From the NCBI RefSeq assembly GCF_902459465.1, contig NC_047081.1, forward strand, positions 1,798,001 to 1,862,000: a stretch of DNA of 64,000 bases, written 5' to 3'. The notes below the pieces were generated by a model, which made no database searches, was not told where the DNA came from, and was given only the letters and a program-made list of their open reading frames with translations. Origin of the DNA: Asterias rubens. Taxonomy: Eukaryota. A program made the position numbers and the translations under genes. Positions 44,394 to 57,068 of this stretch are shown here, piece after piece (positions within the stretch are counted from its first letter, which is position 1; each line of letters starts with the position of its first letter).

Positions 44394-47300
44394 GAGATCG
44401 ACGCGCAAGTCCTGTACGGACGATCGTTTCTTCTCAAAGAAACAGTCCATTATGAATACCGCCACGCCGAGCATGAAGACGAAACCAAGAAAGCAGTAGG
44501 CCAGGACGTAGTTTCCGGTGACGTCACGAATATAACCTTCAAAATAACATCGCCAATATAATACAGTTAGTGTTTTAATCTTTGATCAAAATAAAAGGAA
44601 ATATTTCCGTATCTGTAATTTTCGGCCGAAACTACAGTCTTCATCAATAGCAGGAAGATACGGATGTAGCATCCGTGACCTTTTTCTTGTGGACACGTGA
44701 TACCAACACGGGCGTTTTTTTTTAAGAAGAAAAGCCATTTCCAAGTGCATATGTTTGTCTTTGAGGAATGAATGAAATACATTGTTTGAAAATGACCCGT
44801 GTGCTCCAAAAGTGGTCCTTGTGCATGCACTGCAGTTGGTTGTCTCAAAGTTGCCTCGTGTGACAAAAAGGCCCTTCAAAAAAATATTTACTGTTAGTTA
44901 TCAACATCGGCTTACCTATAACAAAGCCCCCAGCAAGCGACCCGATCCCCTCAAACACCAATCCGTAACCATACGCAAGATGTAGCCTGGACTGCCCCAC
45001 GACATTCCTCAGTAGAACCTGCTGCAGCGGCAGGTACCACCCACTGCCGAGACCGGCAAAGAACGCTCCGGCTAGAACTCCGGGCATGGTGTCTACGACG
45101 GCGACTAGAACGGACGCACCCCCGGAGATGACCAGGGACAGGGCGTTGACTGTTCGCGGTGAGAGGATTTTACGGTCTAGAATCCATCCGTGTGTAATTC
45201 TGCCAGTTAAACTACCTACGCCTGTAAAAGAACATAACAAGAACATACAGAGTTTAGTCCAATTGGTTTCCAATCAGTGTGACAATCACTCATGGCGCCT
45301 TCATTTGAATCCTTCTCCTTAGCACATGTTAATTTCCCCATGTGGGGTACAGAATCCGCCCCCCCCCCCCCTTGTGGGATAAAAACGTGATGGAGAATGA
45401 TTCAAAAGAGGGCGCTATCAGAAGAAGTTTGTACACAGTTCGCCCTATTGGGTGGCAGAATCTCCTGCCACACCGGCATTGGCCTTGTACATTCATGTTT
45501 GCTGGAAAACCGACTTGAACTACGACTAACAAATAACTTTGAAAACAAACAGACAAGGAACAAGTTAAACTTGCTAAACAGCACAGAGAACAAGTTTATA
45601 AGAACATACCAAAGATTGACAGAGCCCATGTGGCTTGGCCTTCGGTCCCGCTAATCTCGCCACCCTTCGCGACGATATGAGCGAAGAACCCACCGTAGCC
45701 GAAGGTCTCGAAGACAAACACGGCGTAGATGAAGACCAAGGACGCCGCCGACACACCGCCACACTTCTGCCGGCACAGTCTCCGGAGACACTGCCAAGGC
45801 CCACGACTCCCACCGTCCAGGAATTGGTCTTCCTTCGCGAGGAACCTAGCCAGATTTTCCTCACTGGTGAACTTCGTCTGAACACCGACTTCTGTTAGAT
45901 GTACGATCGAGTCAACAGATGACGCAGTGGTGGACCCGGAAGTGTCATCGGACACGGTGTTTGATTCGACGGGTTCGTCAGGAAAATCAGTCTGTACAAC
46001 CTCGTCCGCAAACCTGCTGGTTGGCGTCTCTCCTCCTGGAACAGCCCTCGGTGGGTCGTCAAATTCGTCGGTGAATGTAGTCTGGTCGCTTTTATCTAAC
46101 ATATAATCTGACGGACGACTGTTTGAGGTTCGATTCTTTTCGGATACTTCTTCTGCTGTACAGTCAACGTCTTTTCGCGTGTCTCTCAGCCTTTGAAGTT
46201 GCGACTGGTTGTTGTTGACACGATCGCTAGGCTTCCGAACTGGTCTGTACAGAGACGCTGCTACTGATATGTGCAGAGTGAGGGCGCCCTGTATAAGCAT
46301 ACAGCCGCGCCAGCCGTACGTCTGTATCAACGTTTGGAGAATGGGCGGGAAAATCATAATGCCGATCCCCTGCCCCGTGTACGCGAAACAGTTCGCCAAG
46401 GCGTAGTGTCTGTTGAAGTATTGACCAACCACGACCGTTGCCGAGATGTGCGTCAACGAGCCACCAAAACCTGTATGAAAAATCAAGTATTAAACGGAGA
46501 AACTTTACCGTCTCAGCAAAACAGTGCTTTCAGCTAGAGGTGCCGAGTAGCGACAAACAAGCAAATGAAATTTTAAACTAGCTTTAGGCCTTTTGTTTAC
46601 CTGCTACGACGTCGGCAAACATAAACAGCTGTAGGACAGAGCTTGCAAACATCCCACAGACGAACCCTGAACACATGATAGCGCCCCCTATCATCGCCGT
46701 GGCTCTACATCCGATATGCTGCATGGTGTGTCCAGCAATTGGTGCTGTGGGTGAGAATAACAAGAAATACAAGTTTGGGATTTGACCCGTTGCATTGGCG
46801 AGGACTCGAGGGGCCAGAGGAGTTCCTTCCCAGTTGAGTTGAGACGTAGGTGGCAGCATACCTACCAGGTAAAATCCATTGTTCTCGGGCATATGCGCAC
46901 GCTCAGAACTACGTAAACAATGGAAATTTACCTGGTAAGTCTGCTGCCACCTAGCGTCCCAAGCTCCCCCATTAGGAACTTACTCGGCGGAAGTAAAGTT
47001 AGTAGGATGTCCCTCAATCAACTAAAAGTGAAAGCTGTAGTCCCGGCACGGCTTCCTACCATTCTGCCTCTCTTAATAGTTATGCATGACGTCATAATTC
47101 TCACCCAAAATGACGCTATGGGCTCACGTCCCCCATCACTTGCAGTGGCTGCGCCTCGTTTTGGATTAGCATTGTGACGTACCTCATGCATAAATATAAA
47201 GAAAGGCGTATAATATTATGGTACGCCCAGGTAGTGGTGGTTAACAACTTCCGGAGAAGGAATCGTGTTGGTTAGGGTTAGGGTTAGGGTTAGGGTTAGG

Positions 47301-50300
47301 GTTGTTAGGCAGAAGAGTTTTTTAAAGAAATTTATAGAGGTCTCTTGAATTCCGAAAATCTACACTGACTTGAAAACACCTATAGTCAATTGACTATACT
47401 AGATGTCAAATTTGCATCGGGGCTAACGAATATTCATTTGGTTTGTACCCATACACCGATGTGTGTTAGCATACTCAGTAAAGACTTTCCCGATTCTTGT
47501 GAAAAATATCACAGGCAAATTACTCGGGTACTGGTGGGATTCGAAGCCGCGACCCTTGCATTCATGTTACGCATTCCTTCCTTTATAAGTAACCGACTCA
47601 ACAGAATACTTGCAGTTCGCTGAGGCGTTTAAGGGTGTGGTGTTGAGCTATCCTGCATTGGCAGCGCTTGGCCCAAATCATTTCTGCACAAGAAGCGACA
47701 GCGGCAAGACTTTTTGTATCCTTCGTTCTATTTTGTACTTTTTAGTTGACTTATGTTCCGTCAACGAATCTAATGACACATAGCTCCATGCCACAGCCCG
47801 ACGAAACCAACTAGCATCATTGCAAGTTTCAGTAAGTTCCAAATTATTTTTAAAATACGGAAACTGCTTATTATTTGATAAACGTACAAATCGTTGAGCG
47901 TGCGGTCTTGTTTTTATTCTACTTAATGTTAGAAAATCAGACCTTTTCTGAAGACAGCCATTTCGGTTTTTATTGTTGTGTTGCCTGCCACTTGAATACA
48001 CAGGCAATTTCTAATAATTTTGTTTATGCCTGTAAAAAAATCCAGAAATCCGAAAAGTACTGAGTTTACAGTGCTTATACACACATTTTCGGTGTATTTG
48101 GTTGTCAACCTACCAAAATGAAATGTTGCCTGGGAGCATGTCCTTTCTCGATGCTTGGTTAGAGGTGTTTTAGCCCGTTCAAACAGTCATTACCAAACGT
48201 ACACAGACACTTGAAGGCACTGGACACCTTTGGTTATATTGTCTTAGACCAATCTTCTCACTTGTATCTCAAACTATATGCATAAAATAACAAACCTGTG
48301 AAAATTTGAACTCATTTGGCCGTCGAAGATGCGAGAGAGAATGATGGATGAAAAAAATACCCTGGTCGCATAAGATGTGTGCTTTCATAATGCTTGAATT
48401 CGATACCTCAGCTGTATGGGGTCTACAATTCAGTTTCGTGAGAAATTAATTTTTGTCTCTCAAAAACCACGTTACTTCAGAGGAAGCCGTTTCTCACAAT
48501 GTTTAATACTATCAAGAGCTCTCAAGTGTTCGTTACCAAGTAAGTTTTTTATGCTAACAATTATTACCAATAGTGTCCATAGTGCCTTTAAACTTCCACA
48601 GGCTTGTTATTTCAAGCTCAGTAGACCGATTACGTTTCCATCAAGTGTGAATAAATGGTCTTTGAAAATGACCAATGCGTCACATCATCGTTTCAGTGCT
48701 AGGTCGAACTACAACTGCATATACTCGAATACAATATTTTAAAAAAGTCGTAAAAGGGAATTAGGCTTAAGTTTGGTATTCACTCTTAAAATTAATGGCC
48801 ACAATAAAACTGTTGGTTTGACGCCTACAGTTTTCTTGGTTGAAATATATCAGATAGGGATTATTTTTCATGTTAGTTTTATTGTATGCATCTACATTTT
48901 AGGGATCAAAACAATCGAAAAAGTACCAAAAGGGCAACCAAAGCTGTACTTTGCTAAACGGTATACTTTGCTAAAGGTTTAGGCCTACGTTGTTAAAGGT
49001 ATACTTTGCCAAAGGTATACATTTTTCTAAAAGGTATCTTTGCCAAAGGTATACATTTTTCTAAAAAGTATACTTTGCTAAAGGTTTAGGTCTACTTTGC
49101 TAAAGGTAATACTTTGCCAAAGGTATACTTTGCTAAATGTAATACTTTGCTAAATGTTAAGGCCTACTTTGCTACAGGTAATAATTTGCGCAAGGTTTAG
49201 GCATCATTAAGGGATCATCCATCTTGTCTCGAAAAAAAGGCGTTACCGCAACAGGTGACTGTAACAACGGGCCCAATTTCATAGAGCTGCGTTAAGCAGG
49301 AATATATTGCTTACAAAGTTTCTACTAAGCAAACATTGGCAGTATACCAGTCACAGGTTGTACATGTTAAATGGCATTTCGGCTGGTAGCCATATCTTAG
49401 TAAGCATATCAATATTAATATTCTTTATCCCCGATGCAAATATAACATCTATTACATGTAATGCATATTGTTTTGTTGTTTTGAAACTGGCACACTGTAA
49501 AGAAATTTGGTTAAAAAATACCCAACTTTTTACCCAATTAAGGGCGAATAGTGAACTCCAATTTATGGGCAAAATATTACCCATCAAAGTTAGGCACTCT
49601 GATTGCCAAATAATTAATAATAATAATAGTTGGGTAATCAATAGTTGGGTATATTTTGGTTACCAACAGTTGGGTAATTTTTTTTGTTTACCCATTTTCT
49701 CGGGTATTTAATACATTATCAATAACCCACTTATTGGGCGATGATTTTATTAATGATTTAACCTTTTTCGGTGTTATCCAACAAATGGTGAATATATTTA
49801 ACCCTTTGATTTACAGTTTCTTTTGTGATACGTCATACAACCAGGCATAGAAGATATCTTTTCCACGATGGCAAACGGTAGTGAGATGTGACCTTGGCAT
49901 CTCTTTCAAAATCGAGAGGGTGCTCAGTGGTTTGTAGATGCTACGGAAGGTTGGTTTTTAACTAAACAGTTTGGTTCCTGTTCAGTTGTTGTACACAGTC
50001 GTGACAGTTGCAGCGCAAGCACACGCATACATGCCACAACCGTCGTTGCACATAATGGCATGTTAAAACTTAAACTAAAAACTGAAACTAATTCAACAGT
50101 AGTGTCACTTTCTTGCTCCCCTCTGCAACTGTCACGACTATGTACGACTGAATAGAAAACACAACTTCATATTTAGTTAAAAACTAACCTTCAAATTTGA
50201 TCTATATCTACTGGAAAACCCCGCTCGTCACAGCCACTCCTCCACTCGCCATGTTGGAAAATATCGTTATGTTTTTTCATACCTTGCCCAACTTTTGGCC

Positions 50301-51606
50301 AACTCTTTAATCGTAGTGCGCATGATCGGATTATTTTGACCAACTAATGTGCATCACTTTTACCAACAATCGAATTTAATTAAAATTACCAAAAAAGTTG
50401 CCCAATAAATAAGCAAAAGTGTAACCAACAGTTATGATAAATTCAGATTACGAATTATTTGCCCAACACTTGCCCAACTTTTGTTCCACTTTAAAAAAAA
50501 AAAAATGGCAAACAAAATGTTTGCCCAACAACACCAATTATTGGTTTTGTTGGACAATTATCGACCAATAATTGTTGAAGTTACTTTGCCCAACAAATGA
50601 TTTGACCAACGTTTTTGCAGTGCAGTGGAAGCTACGTAGGAGATCACCAACTGCACACCTAATGCAGAAAAAAAACTACGCATGTGCAAGAGGTGATAGT
50701 TGTAAAAGCGTCTAGTTAACCTCCAAGCATTTCCTACCTGTCCACGCTCCAAGGAAAGTGTGAACAAATTAGTGACAGTTTAGTTTTTCTTTCTCAACCA
50801 AGGAAAAAAAACACTGGGGTCGCACGTGAGTCACCTCGACATCGTGTGACACCCATCAGGCCTCAATGCAATAACTATTTTTCCAACCCGTGTTATTTCC
50901 GGTAGTTTCTTTCACCATAAGGAAACAAGTTTCCGTAAAGCCAATAGCCCTAAATATCACACCAGGGGGCCCTTAAATGCATCAAAGTGTATACCTTTGT
51001 TTTTGGAGCCATTCGATTGTTTTAAAGGCAGAAATAATTTCTCACTAAAATAATTGAATTGAATTCGAGACCTCAGCTGAGGTCTCGATTTTAAGGCATC
51101 TGAAAGCACCTAACTTGTGCGACAAAGGAACTGGAATTTTACAATTACCAAACTTTAAGGGGTTAAATCGATATAATGCATGTCTAGATGTGTACAATAC
51201 AACTAACATGTTGACATTTAATGGTCGCGTTTTTATAAATGCAAAAATAGCCTTCGAGAAAAAAAGGGTAAAAACTTTTGACTGGTTGTTTGAATGAATG
51301 AATGAATGATGAAAACTCACATGACAACGCAAGGACAGCGAAACACCCGCTGGAAATCCAACCGCCGATCCCAGCCCCAGCGTGAAACTCCTTCTCGATG
51401 TGTTCTAGATACACCCCCATGGAGACGATTATCCCCATCTGGGTCATAAGGGCAAAGAAGGCTGCCACGACGACCACGTAGCCCCATCCCCCCTCCGGGT
51501 AGTAACCAGCCACGGAGTTGCTACTGTCATCTTTGCCGTGCTTTGTCCGGCGGGTAGATTGTTGGTTCTTCAAACGGTGTCGACTTGGTGTCGCTATCTC
51601 GCCCAT
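44358..51606 (-). CDS. SLC16/monocarboxylate-transporter-family MFS protein, paralog B, 5 exons, 591 aa
   Basis: Exons 51321-51606, 46601-46744, 45610-46470, 44916-45221, 44358-44536, phase-consistent. Motifs PEGGWGYVVVVAAF, VGQYFNRHYALAN, YGWRGCMLI, GYIRDVTGNYVLAY. An acceptor (tatacgcag) just upstream of the ATG implies a further 5' UTR exon. Confidence 0.93.
47272..47303 (+). repeat. Interstitial telomeric repeat (TTAGGG)5
   Basis: ttaggg x5 + tt, inside intron 1 of MCT paralog B. Confidence 0.9.
48215..48587 (-). mobile_element. Kolobok-like MITE, near-full copy in intron 1 of MCT paralog B
   Basis: AGGCACTGGACAC...GTGTCCATAGTGCCT|ttaa; same internal body as the other copies. Confidence 0.72.
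48946..49200. repeat. Minisatellite of about 16-17-bp units AAAGGTATACTTTGC(T/C)
   Basis: About 14 degenerate near-palindromic units. Confidence 0.85.
49493..49818. mobile_element. Possible EnSpm/CACTA-like non-autonomous element
   Basis: CACTGTAAA ... TTTACAGT ends with many subterminal TACCCAA/TTGGGTA motifs; a related TGCCCAA-rich remnant ending TTTTGCAGTG lies at about 50280-50622. Confidence 0.45.
49981..50151. mobile_element. Small foldback element (MITE-like)
   Basis: Inverted repeat TTCAGTTGTTGTACACAGTCGTGACAGTTGCAG / CTGCAACTGTCACGACTATGTACGACTGAA. Confidence 0.55.
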
Positions 51607-51829
51607 CCCCTCAAGTGCCAGTGGATCTGCGTATAATTTTTATGTTATTAATTTTATTTACATAATGTTCTTTCATGACCATTTTGAAGGGCATCGAATC
51701 AACCTTTAAAGGAATACACGTTGTAGAATAATGATCCGCACCCAAAATGCCTCAAATTAGTTTTTCTTTATTTCGTCAAAATTTGACAGATGTCAAAAGA
51801 TCACAACAAATACACTCTTAGGCCAAAGA

Positions 51830-52560
51830 CGTTGAAAACACAACTTACCACGGGCCCTACTCAAGCCAAAAGACCATAGTAATTAAAGACACTGGACACT
51901 ATTGGTATAGTTGTCAAAGACCAGTCTTCTCCCTTGGTGTATCTCAACATTATGCATAAAATAACAAACCTGTTAAAATTTGAGCTCGATTGGTCGTCGG
52001 AGTTGCGGTATAACTATGAAGGAAAAAAAACACCCTTGTCACATGAAGTTGTGTGCTTTCTGATGCTTGATTTCGAGACAGCTCCCCATTACTCGTTACC
52101 AAATAAGGTTTTATGCTTATAATTATTTTGAGTAATTACCAAAAGTGTCCACTGCCTTTAAGCTCTATAGTAAAAGGCGTTTAAAATACAGCAAATAGCA
52201 AGTCCTAACTCTAGTCAACCACAGTTTTATGGTAAAATCGCCGTTAAAAACACAACCTACAACTGGCTCCAACTCAAGTAAAAAATACAGCTCCGTGGTA
52301 AAGTAATCGTTGAAAATAGAACTTTACCGCGGGCTTTAGCAAGTCAAATTACCACAAAATCGACGTTACTGCGGGCCCTAAAAACACATAAGTTTGATTA
52401 TACCACAAAAAGTACATCTCTTCAGATCTTTTGGAAATTCAACTTACCACGGGCTCCAAATCAAGTCAAATTGCCATAAAAAAGCAGCTCTTTGGTAACA
52501 AACTTAATTAATTTAATTAACTCTGACAAAATTACCACCAAAATACAGCAGCTCATACTA
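51830..52560. repeat. Degenerate tandem repeat (AACTTACCACGGGC(C/T)C...CAAGTCAAA units) upstream of MCT paralog B, split by a Kolobok-like MITE
   Basis: Recurrent motif on both sides of 51887-52157. Confidence 0.5.
51887..52157 (-). mobile_element. Kolobok-like MITE with internal deletion, inserted into a degenerate tandem repeat
   Basis: ttaa|AGACACTGGACAC...GTGTCCACTGCCT|ttaa; about 100 bp shorter than full copies. Confidence 0.75.
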
Positions 52561-52874
52561 ACCAAGTGCATTAGAAGTAGGCATATACTCCTCCAATACA
52601 GTTAAACAACACGGTGACTTGTTCACGACACCACTGGTCCACCGCGCCCTCTTAACCCGATGAACAAAAGCAGTTCGTGTCCGTTTTGAGAAAAAGCAAA
52701 CAATCCCTTCCAGGCCAGTTCTTTACCAACTTTTTTTTTTTTTACGTCACTTCTACCGAAGTAAAATCTACAATCCACATTAATTCTTCCTCCATGTTTA
52801 CACACACAGTCCTTGAACAGAAAGTTACGCATGCCGTGGCAAGTCAGTGGTTTGAAACCTAAAAGGTTGTTTAA

Positions 52875-53247
52875 AGACACTGGACACTATAGGTAATTGT
52901 CAAAGATCAGTCTTTACAGTTGGTGTATCTGAACATATGCATAAAATAACAAACCTGTGAAAATTTGAGCTCAATCGGTGGTCAAAGTTGCGAGATAATA
53001 ATGAAAGAAAAAACACCCTTGTCACACGAAGTTGTGTGCTTTCTGATGCTTGATTTCGAGACCTCAAATTCTAAATCTGAGGTTTCGAAATCAAATTCGT
53101 TGAAAATTACTTCTTTCTCGAAAACTATGTCAGAGGGAGCCGTTTCTCACAATGTTTTGTACTATCAACCTCTCCCCATTACTCGTCACCAAGTACGGTT
53201 GTATGTGAATAATTATTTTGAGTAATTACCAATAGTGTCCACTGTCT
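52875..53247 (-). mobile_element. Kolobok-like MITE, full copy
   Basis: TTAA at 52871-52874 and 53248-53251. Further partial copies occur near 2040-2225, 3645-3715, 9405-9520, 9795-9950, 14070-14145, 14730-14760, 30578-30690, 32020-32390, 43165-43290, 51050-51130, 55450-55500, 57800-57990 and 63085-63165. Confidence 0.8.
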
Positions 53248-54206
53248 TTAACATTTTGTGTCACTTATACACCTCATTATGTCAACATCCCAGTGCTAGA
53301 TTTGTCTGTGTCCTTCACTGTATATATGACCATAGAGCAAGACATAACAACATGTCATAACTATGTCATTTTGTCATAAAAACCCCAAATAATAGTTGCA
53401 ATTCTGATTTTGCTACGTTAGTAGCTGTTGTACATGAACAGCTAACAATATAAATAGACAACATTGACATCTGTAAATAATAATAACGGAAATACAGAAA
53501 ACATAATTCTCTAACCGTAGCACATTAACGCCCCATCAGCAAACAGAAGTCAAAGTGACTGGTACCTATAACAACAAGTGATACTGTACAATACTATTCT
53601 GTTATACCAACACCATAGGCAAAATTGCCGACTCGTTTCTATTCTACTGCCACTGAGACAGACGTACTTACCATCACAGAAAATCAATATAGTGAGAGCA
53701 TAATGGCACAAGCGACCATGTTGCTCAATCTCCCTCCGTAAACACAAGGCAGCTAACCCCAATGCCCTCTGTCTGCCTACCTCTGAGTAATGTCTGAACC
53801 ACAATAAAACAATACCATGAAGACTATGGGAATATAGTAAGGTCCTACACGCAATGGATCGTACCAACGCAGCAAGCAAATATCGCCACTGTACATGTTA
53901 TTTATTGACAATTGGTGTACTGCATAAGTGATTTTATTTCCCTCGCCTGGCCCCCCGCCATCCATGGTTCACTGGAGTCATCAATTGCGGGCCAAGGCCA
54001 GCTTTATTGTGCAATCACTTTCCTGCCATCGCTTTCTAAACACGTGACGGAATTGATCAGCAAGTTGAGACACACGGTCAAAGTTGCTCTATGGTCACAG
54101 TTCGCTTGCATCACGGGGAAGCCGGCGGGAGGAGGAGGTGAATTTGGCTAACTGTTGTGCTTTGATCATATAAACTAAAGTCATGTTTTCAACTGATGAA
54201 TAAACC

Positions 54207-54940
54207 TCACATCTCATACTCGTAGTATTCACACGACGTCTGATTTTTCAAGGTAGTACTCGCATCGTTGATCTTACACGGGTTCATCTGGCAGTCCAGG
54301 GTGTTGGTAAGGCTGAAAGAACGGCAGCTACACTCCTTTGCGCACGCCAGGCAACACTGCTTCCGACTCGTTACTTTCACGGTGTGGATCGGGTCGGGGC
54401 AGAGTCCACTGGGTTTCGGCATCGAGGTACATCTAAAAGGGCGAATGGTCCAACAGTAGCCGGTGCCTCGCATAGGGTGTGTTTCGGGAAGTTATCTTTA
54501 TCGCACACAGCTCCATACCATTTCCCGTCTGAGTGCCTCATTACCGCACACGTATTTTCAGTTTCGGGGTCGACTCAATTCCACCAATTGCGGTACTTCT
54601 TCCCGGGTGTATCACCCAGACACACCCATGCTCCGTTGGTGTTGTTACACCCAAGCCACATTTTGGTCACACCCTGCTCTTTCCCACCCACAGCGTCTTT
54701 GAACACACCCCATGCTATTTCATTCTCTTCGTCGGTCGTCGGGGCTGTTAACTCGGCACACTTGGACCGGCAGAGTTCTACAGCGGGCCCACGAGCTAGC
54801 TTCGAGTCCAGAAACAGGTAGCACGAACCGCTGCGTTGCTTCCAAAGATGGGGTTGCTGCAGCCTTGCGCATAAAAGTTGAGCTGATTGTAAAGTATCTA
54901 CAATCTTCCATACGAATACAAATCACACGAGTAGTTTCAT
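54207..54940 (-). pseudogene. Intronless signal peptide + C-type lectin + PAN/apple domain gene, copy 1, disabled
   Basis: ATG at 54940 (MKLLV*), in-frame TGA at 54923-54925 and 54575-54577, and a 7-nt deletion relative to copy 2 near 54435-54445 that frameshifts the PAN domain. CTLD motifs SCYLF, C..KCAEL, MWLGC, W..C. Confidence 0.85.
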
Positions 54941-56731
54941 TATGTACAATGTTGTTTGAGGATTGGGGAACTATCTTACAGAGTTTATCACAGTTCTTCA
55001 GTGAACAGTTTCAGCATCATTCTGAAAGATATTCAAGTTATCAGAATTTGGGGAGATTCAGTGCATCGCTGCGCTGTTGACCATTCGTGATGTGTTGTAC
55101 ATTAATTGGAAAGGACTCGTAGAAACGTCAAGTAGAAGACCAGTCATCGTTCTGATGTAACAGCAGCTCTGACTGCCCTTTGCGTTCCAAACTAATGGCG
55201 CAATCAGAGTTGGAGAGTGACCAATTGTTGGGAAATGAAAAGTAAAGGAGTCTCCATGTTGTTCAACAGCCAATGGAAACACAGCGAAATACATTGATTG
55301 CAATCACGATGTGGGTTCATAATTCAAAGGGCTAAAACAAACAAGCAAAACCCAAAGCAATCATTTTGCCTTAGAGAAGAAAAACAACCGTCAAATTGTA
55401 CGGAAGCGCGTGTGTTGTTATCGACTGTAATTTAGTATGACTACATTTTAAAGGCAGTGTATACCGTTGGTAATTGTCAAAGACCAGTATCCTAACTTGG
55501 TGCATCACAAGAGTAGGGCAAGGGGAGGGGGGGGGGGTTACAAAATGTCTGAGAATGGCTTCATGTTCTCTAATTCAAATTTGAGGGTGAAACATTACCC
55601 CTTTCTCTAAAACTATACATTTAAGGGACTGTCTTGGATCGGGCGAGTTTGTCTGTGAAAAGCATTCACTTTGAAACCGTTTGTTATGAAATGCATTATG
55701 GTTAGAAAGATGTTTATCACAGTAGTAATAACACATGCCTCGAAATTGCGTGGGTTTAAGTTTTATTTGCGAACTAACAAGGTCGGCCTTTTCGTGGAGT
55801 CTAAAATTTGACTCCACAAAATGGCGTATCGTGTTAGTTCACGACGTTAACGAGGGTAATTTCGAATGGTGTATTTTATACTATCACCAGCTCTCCAATG
55901 CTCTTTACCTAGTAAATTTTAATGGCCAGAATCTTTTGGAGTACTTTTATCGGATACAAACTCTCCTTTTAAGTCGTCTTCAAGTGTTCGTTAGAGACGG
56001 ACGATGTAGCAGATTCATTAAAATGTTTCCATCACATAAAAAGAAACCTTGAAGTCGAGTGTTTTGATAAAAGACATCATACTCGCAGTTTAATATAACA
56101 ATTGCAGTAAATGATGATAACTGTCTTTTTTCGGCACATTCTCAGTATTGCACGTGTAGATCATCTGAGCACGCGCATACTGAAAAGAACTTTCAAAAAT
56201 GACCGACCAAACGCCTCCCAATCAAGTGCAGTAACATGCTCGGAATGCCACGATCGCAATATGTTTACTCTCACTGTCTTTATATACATACAGTTATTCG
56301 GCAATAGTTTCAATTAAAGTCATGTTTTCAACTGATGAATTAACCTCACATCTCATACTCGTAGTATTCACACGACGTCTGATTTCTCCAGGTAGTAATC
56401 GCACCGTTGATCTTACCCGGGTTCATCTGGCAGTCAAGTGAGTGAGTTAGGCTGAAAGAACGGCAGCTACACTCCTTTGCGCACGCCAGGCAACACTGCA
56501 TTGGGCTCGTTACTTTCACGGTGTGGATCGGGTCGGGGCAGAGTCCGCTAGGTTTAGGCATCGAGGTACATCTAAGAGTTATGGGTGAGATTGGTCCAGC
56601 AGTAGCCGGTGTCTTGCAGAGTGTGAATTTGGGGTATTTTACATCGCATTGCGGCCCTTCCCATGTCCCGTCCGTGTGCCTCATTACCGTGCACGCATTT
56701 TCAGTAGAGGGTTCAACACCATCCAACCAAT

Positions 56732-56873
56732 AGGAGACTTTCCAACGCTAGGTGGCAGCAGACATACCGGGTAAGTTTCCATTGTTTACGTAGTTCTGAA
56801 CATGCGCATAATTCTGAGAACAATGGATTTACCCGGTAAGTCTGCTGCCCTCTATCGTCCCAGAAAGTCTCCC
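56732..56873. mobile_element. 142-bp MITE inserted in lectin copy 2
   Basis: Long imperfect TIRs (A/G)GGAGACTTT..CGCTAGGTGGCAGCAGAC / GTCTGCTGCCCTCTATCG..AAAGTCTCCC; 2-bp TSD AT confirmed against the empty site in copy 1. Other copies at about 46835-46969, 35325-35405 (partial) and 60715-60770 (partial). Confidence 0.82.
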
Positions 56874-57068
56874 ATTGCGGTATTTCATCCCGGGTGTATG
56901 ACCCAGACACACCCATGCTCCGTTGGTGTTGTTACACCCAAGCCACATTCTCTTGCTGTAGTTAAAATCTGGATCGACCCCGTCTTTAAACAAGTGCCAT
57001 ATTAGTTCATTCTCTAGTTCAGTAGTCGAGGTTGATAACTCGGCACACTTTGACCGGCAGAAATCTAT

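Noticed and set aside
44083-44499. 138-aa Cys-rich repetitive ORF on the + strand
   Set aside because: By-product of the 54-bp (multiple of 3) minisatellite; it is antisense to the real MCT terminal exon and has no independent gene features.
53550-53879. 109-aa minus-strand ORF downstream of lectin copy 1
   Set aside because: No recognisable motif, splice context or codon signature; the same applies to most other 60-130 aa ORFs in the track, many of which derive from MITE or SINE sequence.
54575-54925. Two in-frame TGA codons in lectin copy 1 as possible selenocysteine or read-through
   Set aside because: The same copy also has a frameshifting deletion, one TGA lies in the signal peptide, and I see no SECIS; simple pseudogenisation explains it.
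56735-56870. Splicing out of the second MITE using its internal GT donors
   Set aside because: No donor/acceptor pair I could find removes the in-frame TAA while preserving frame.
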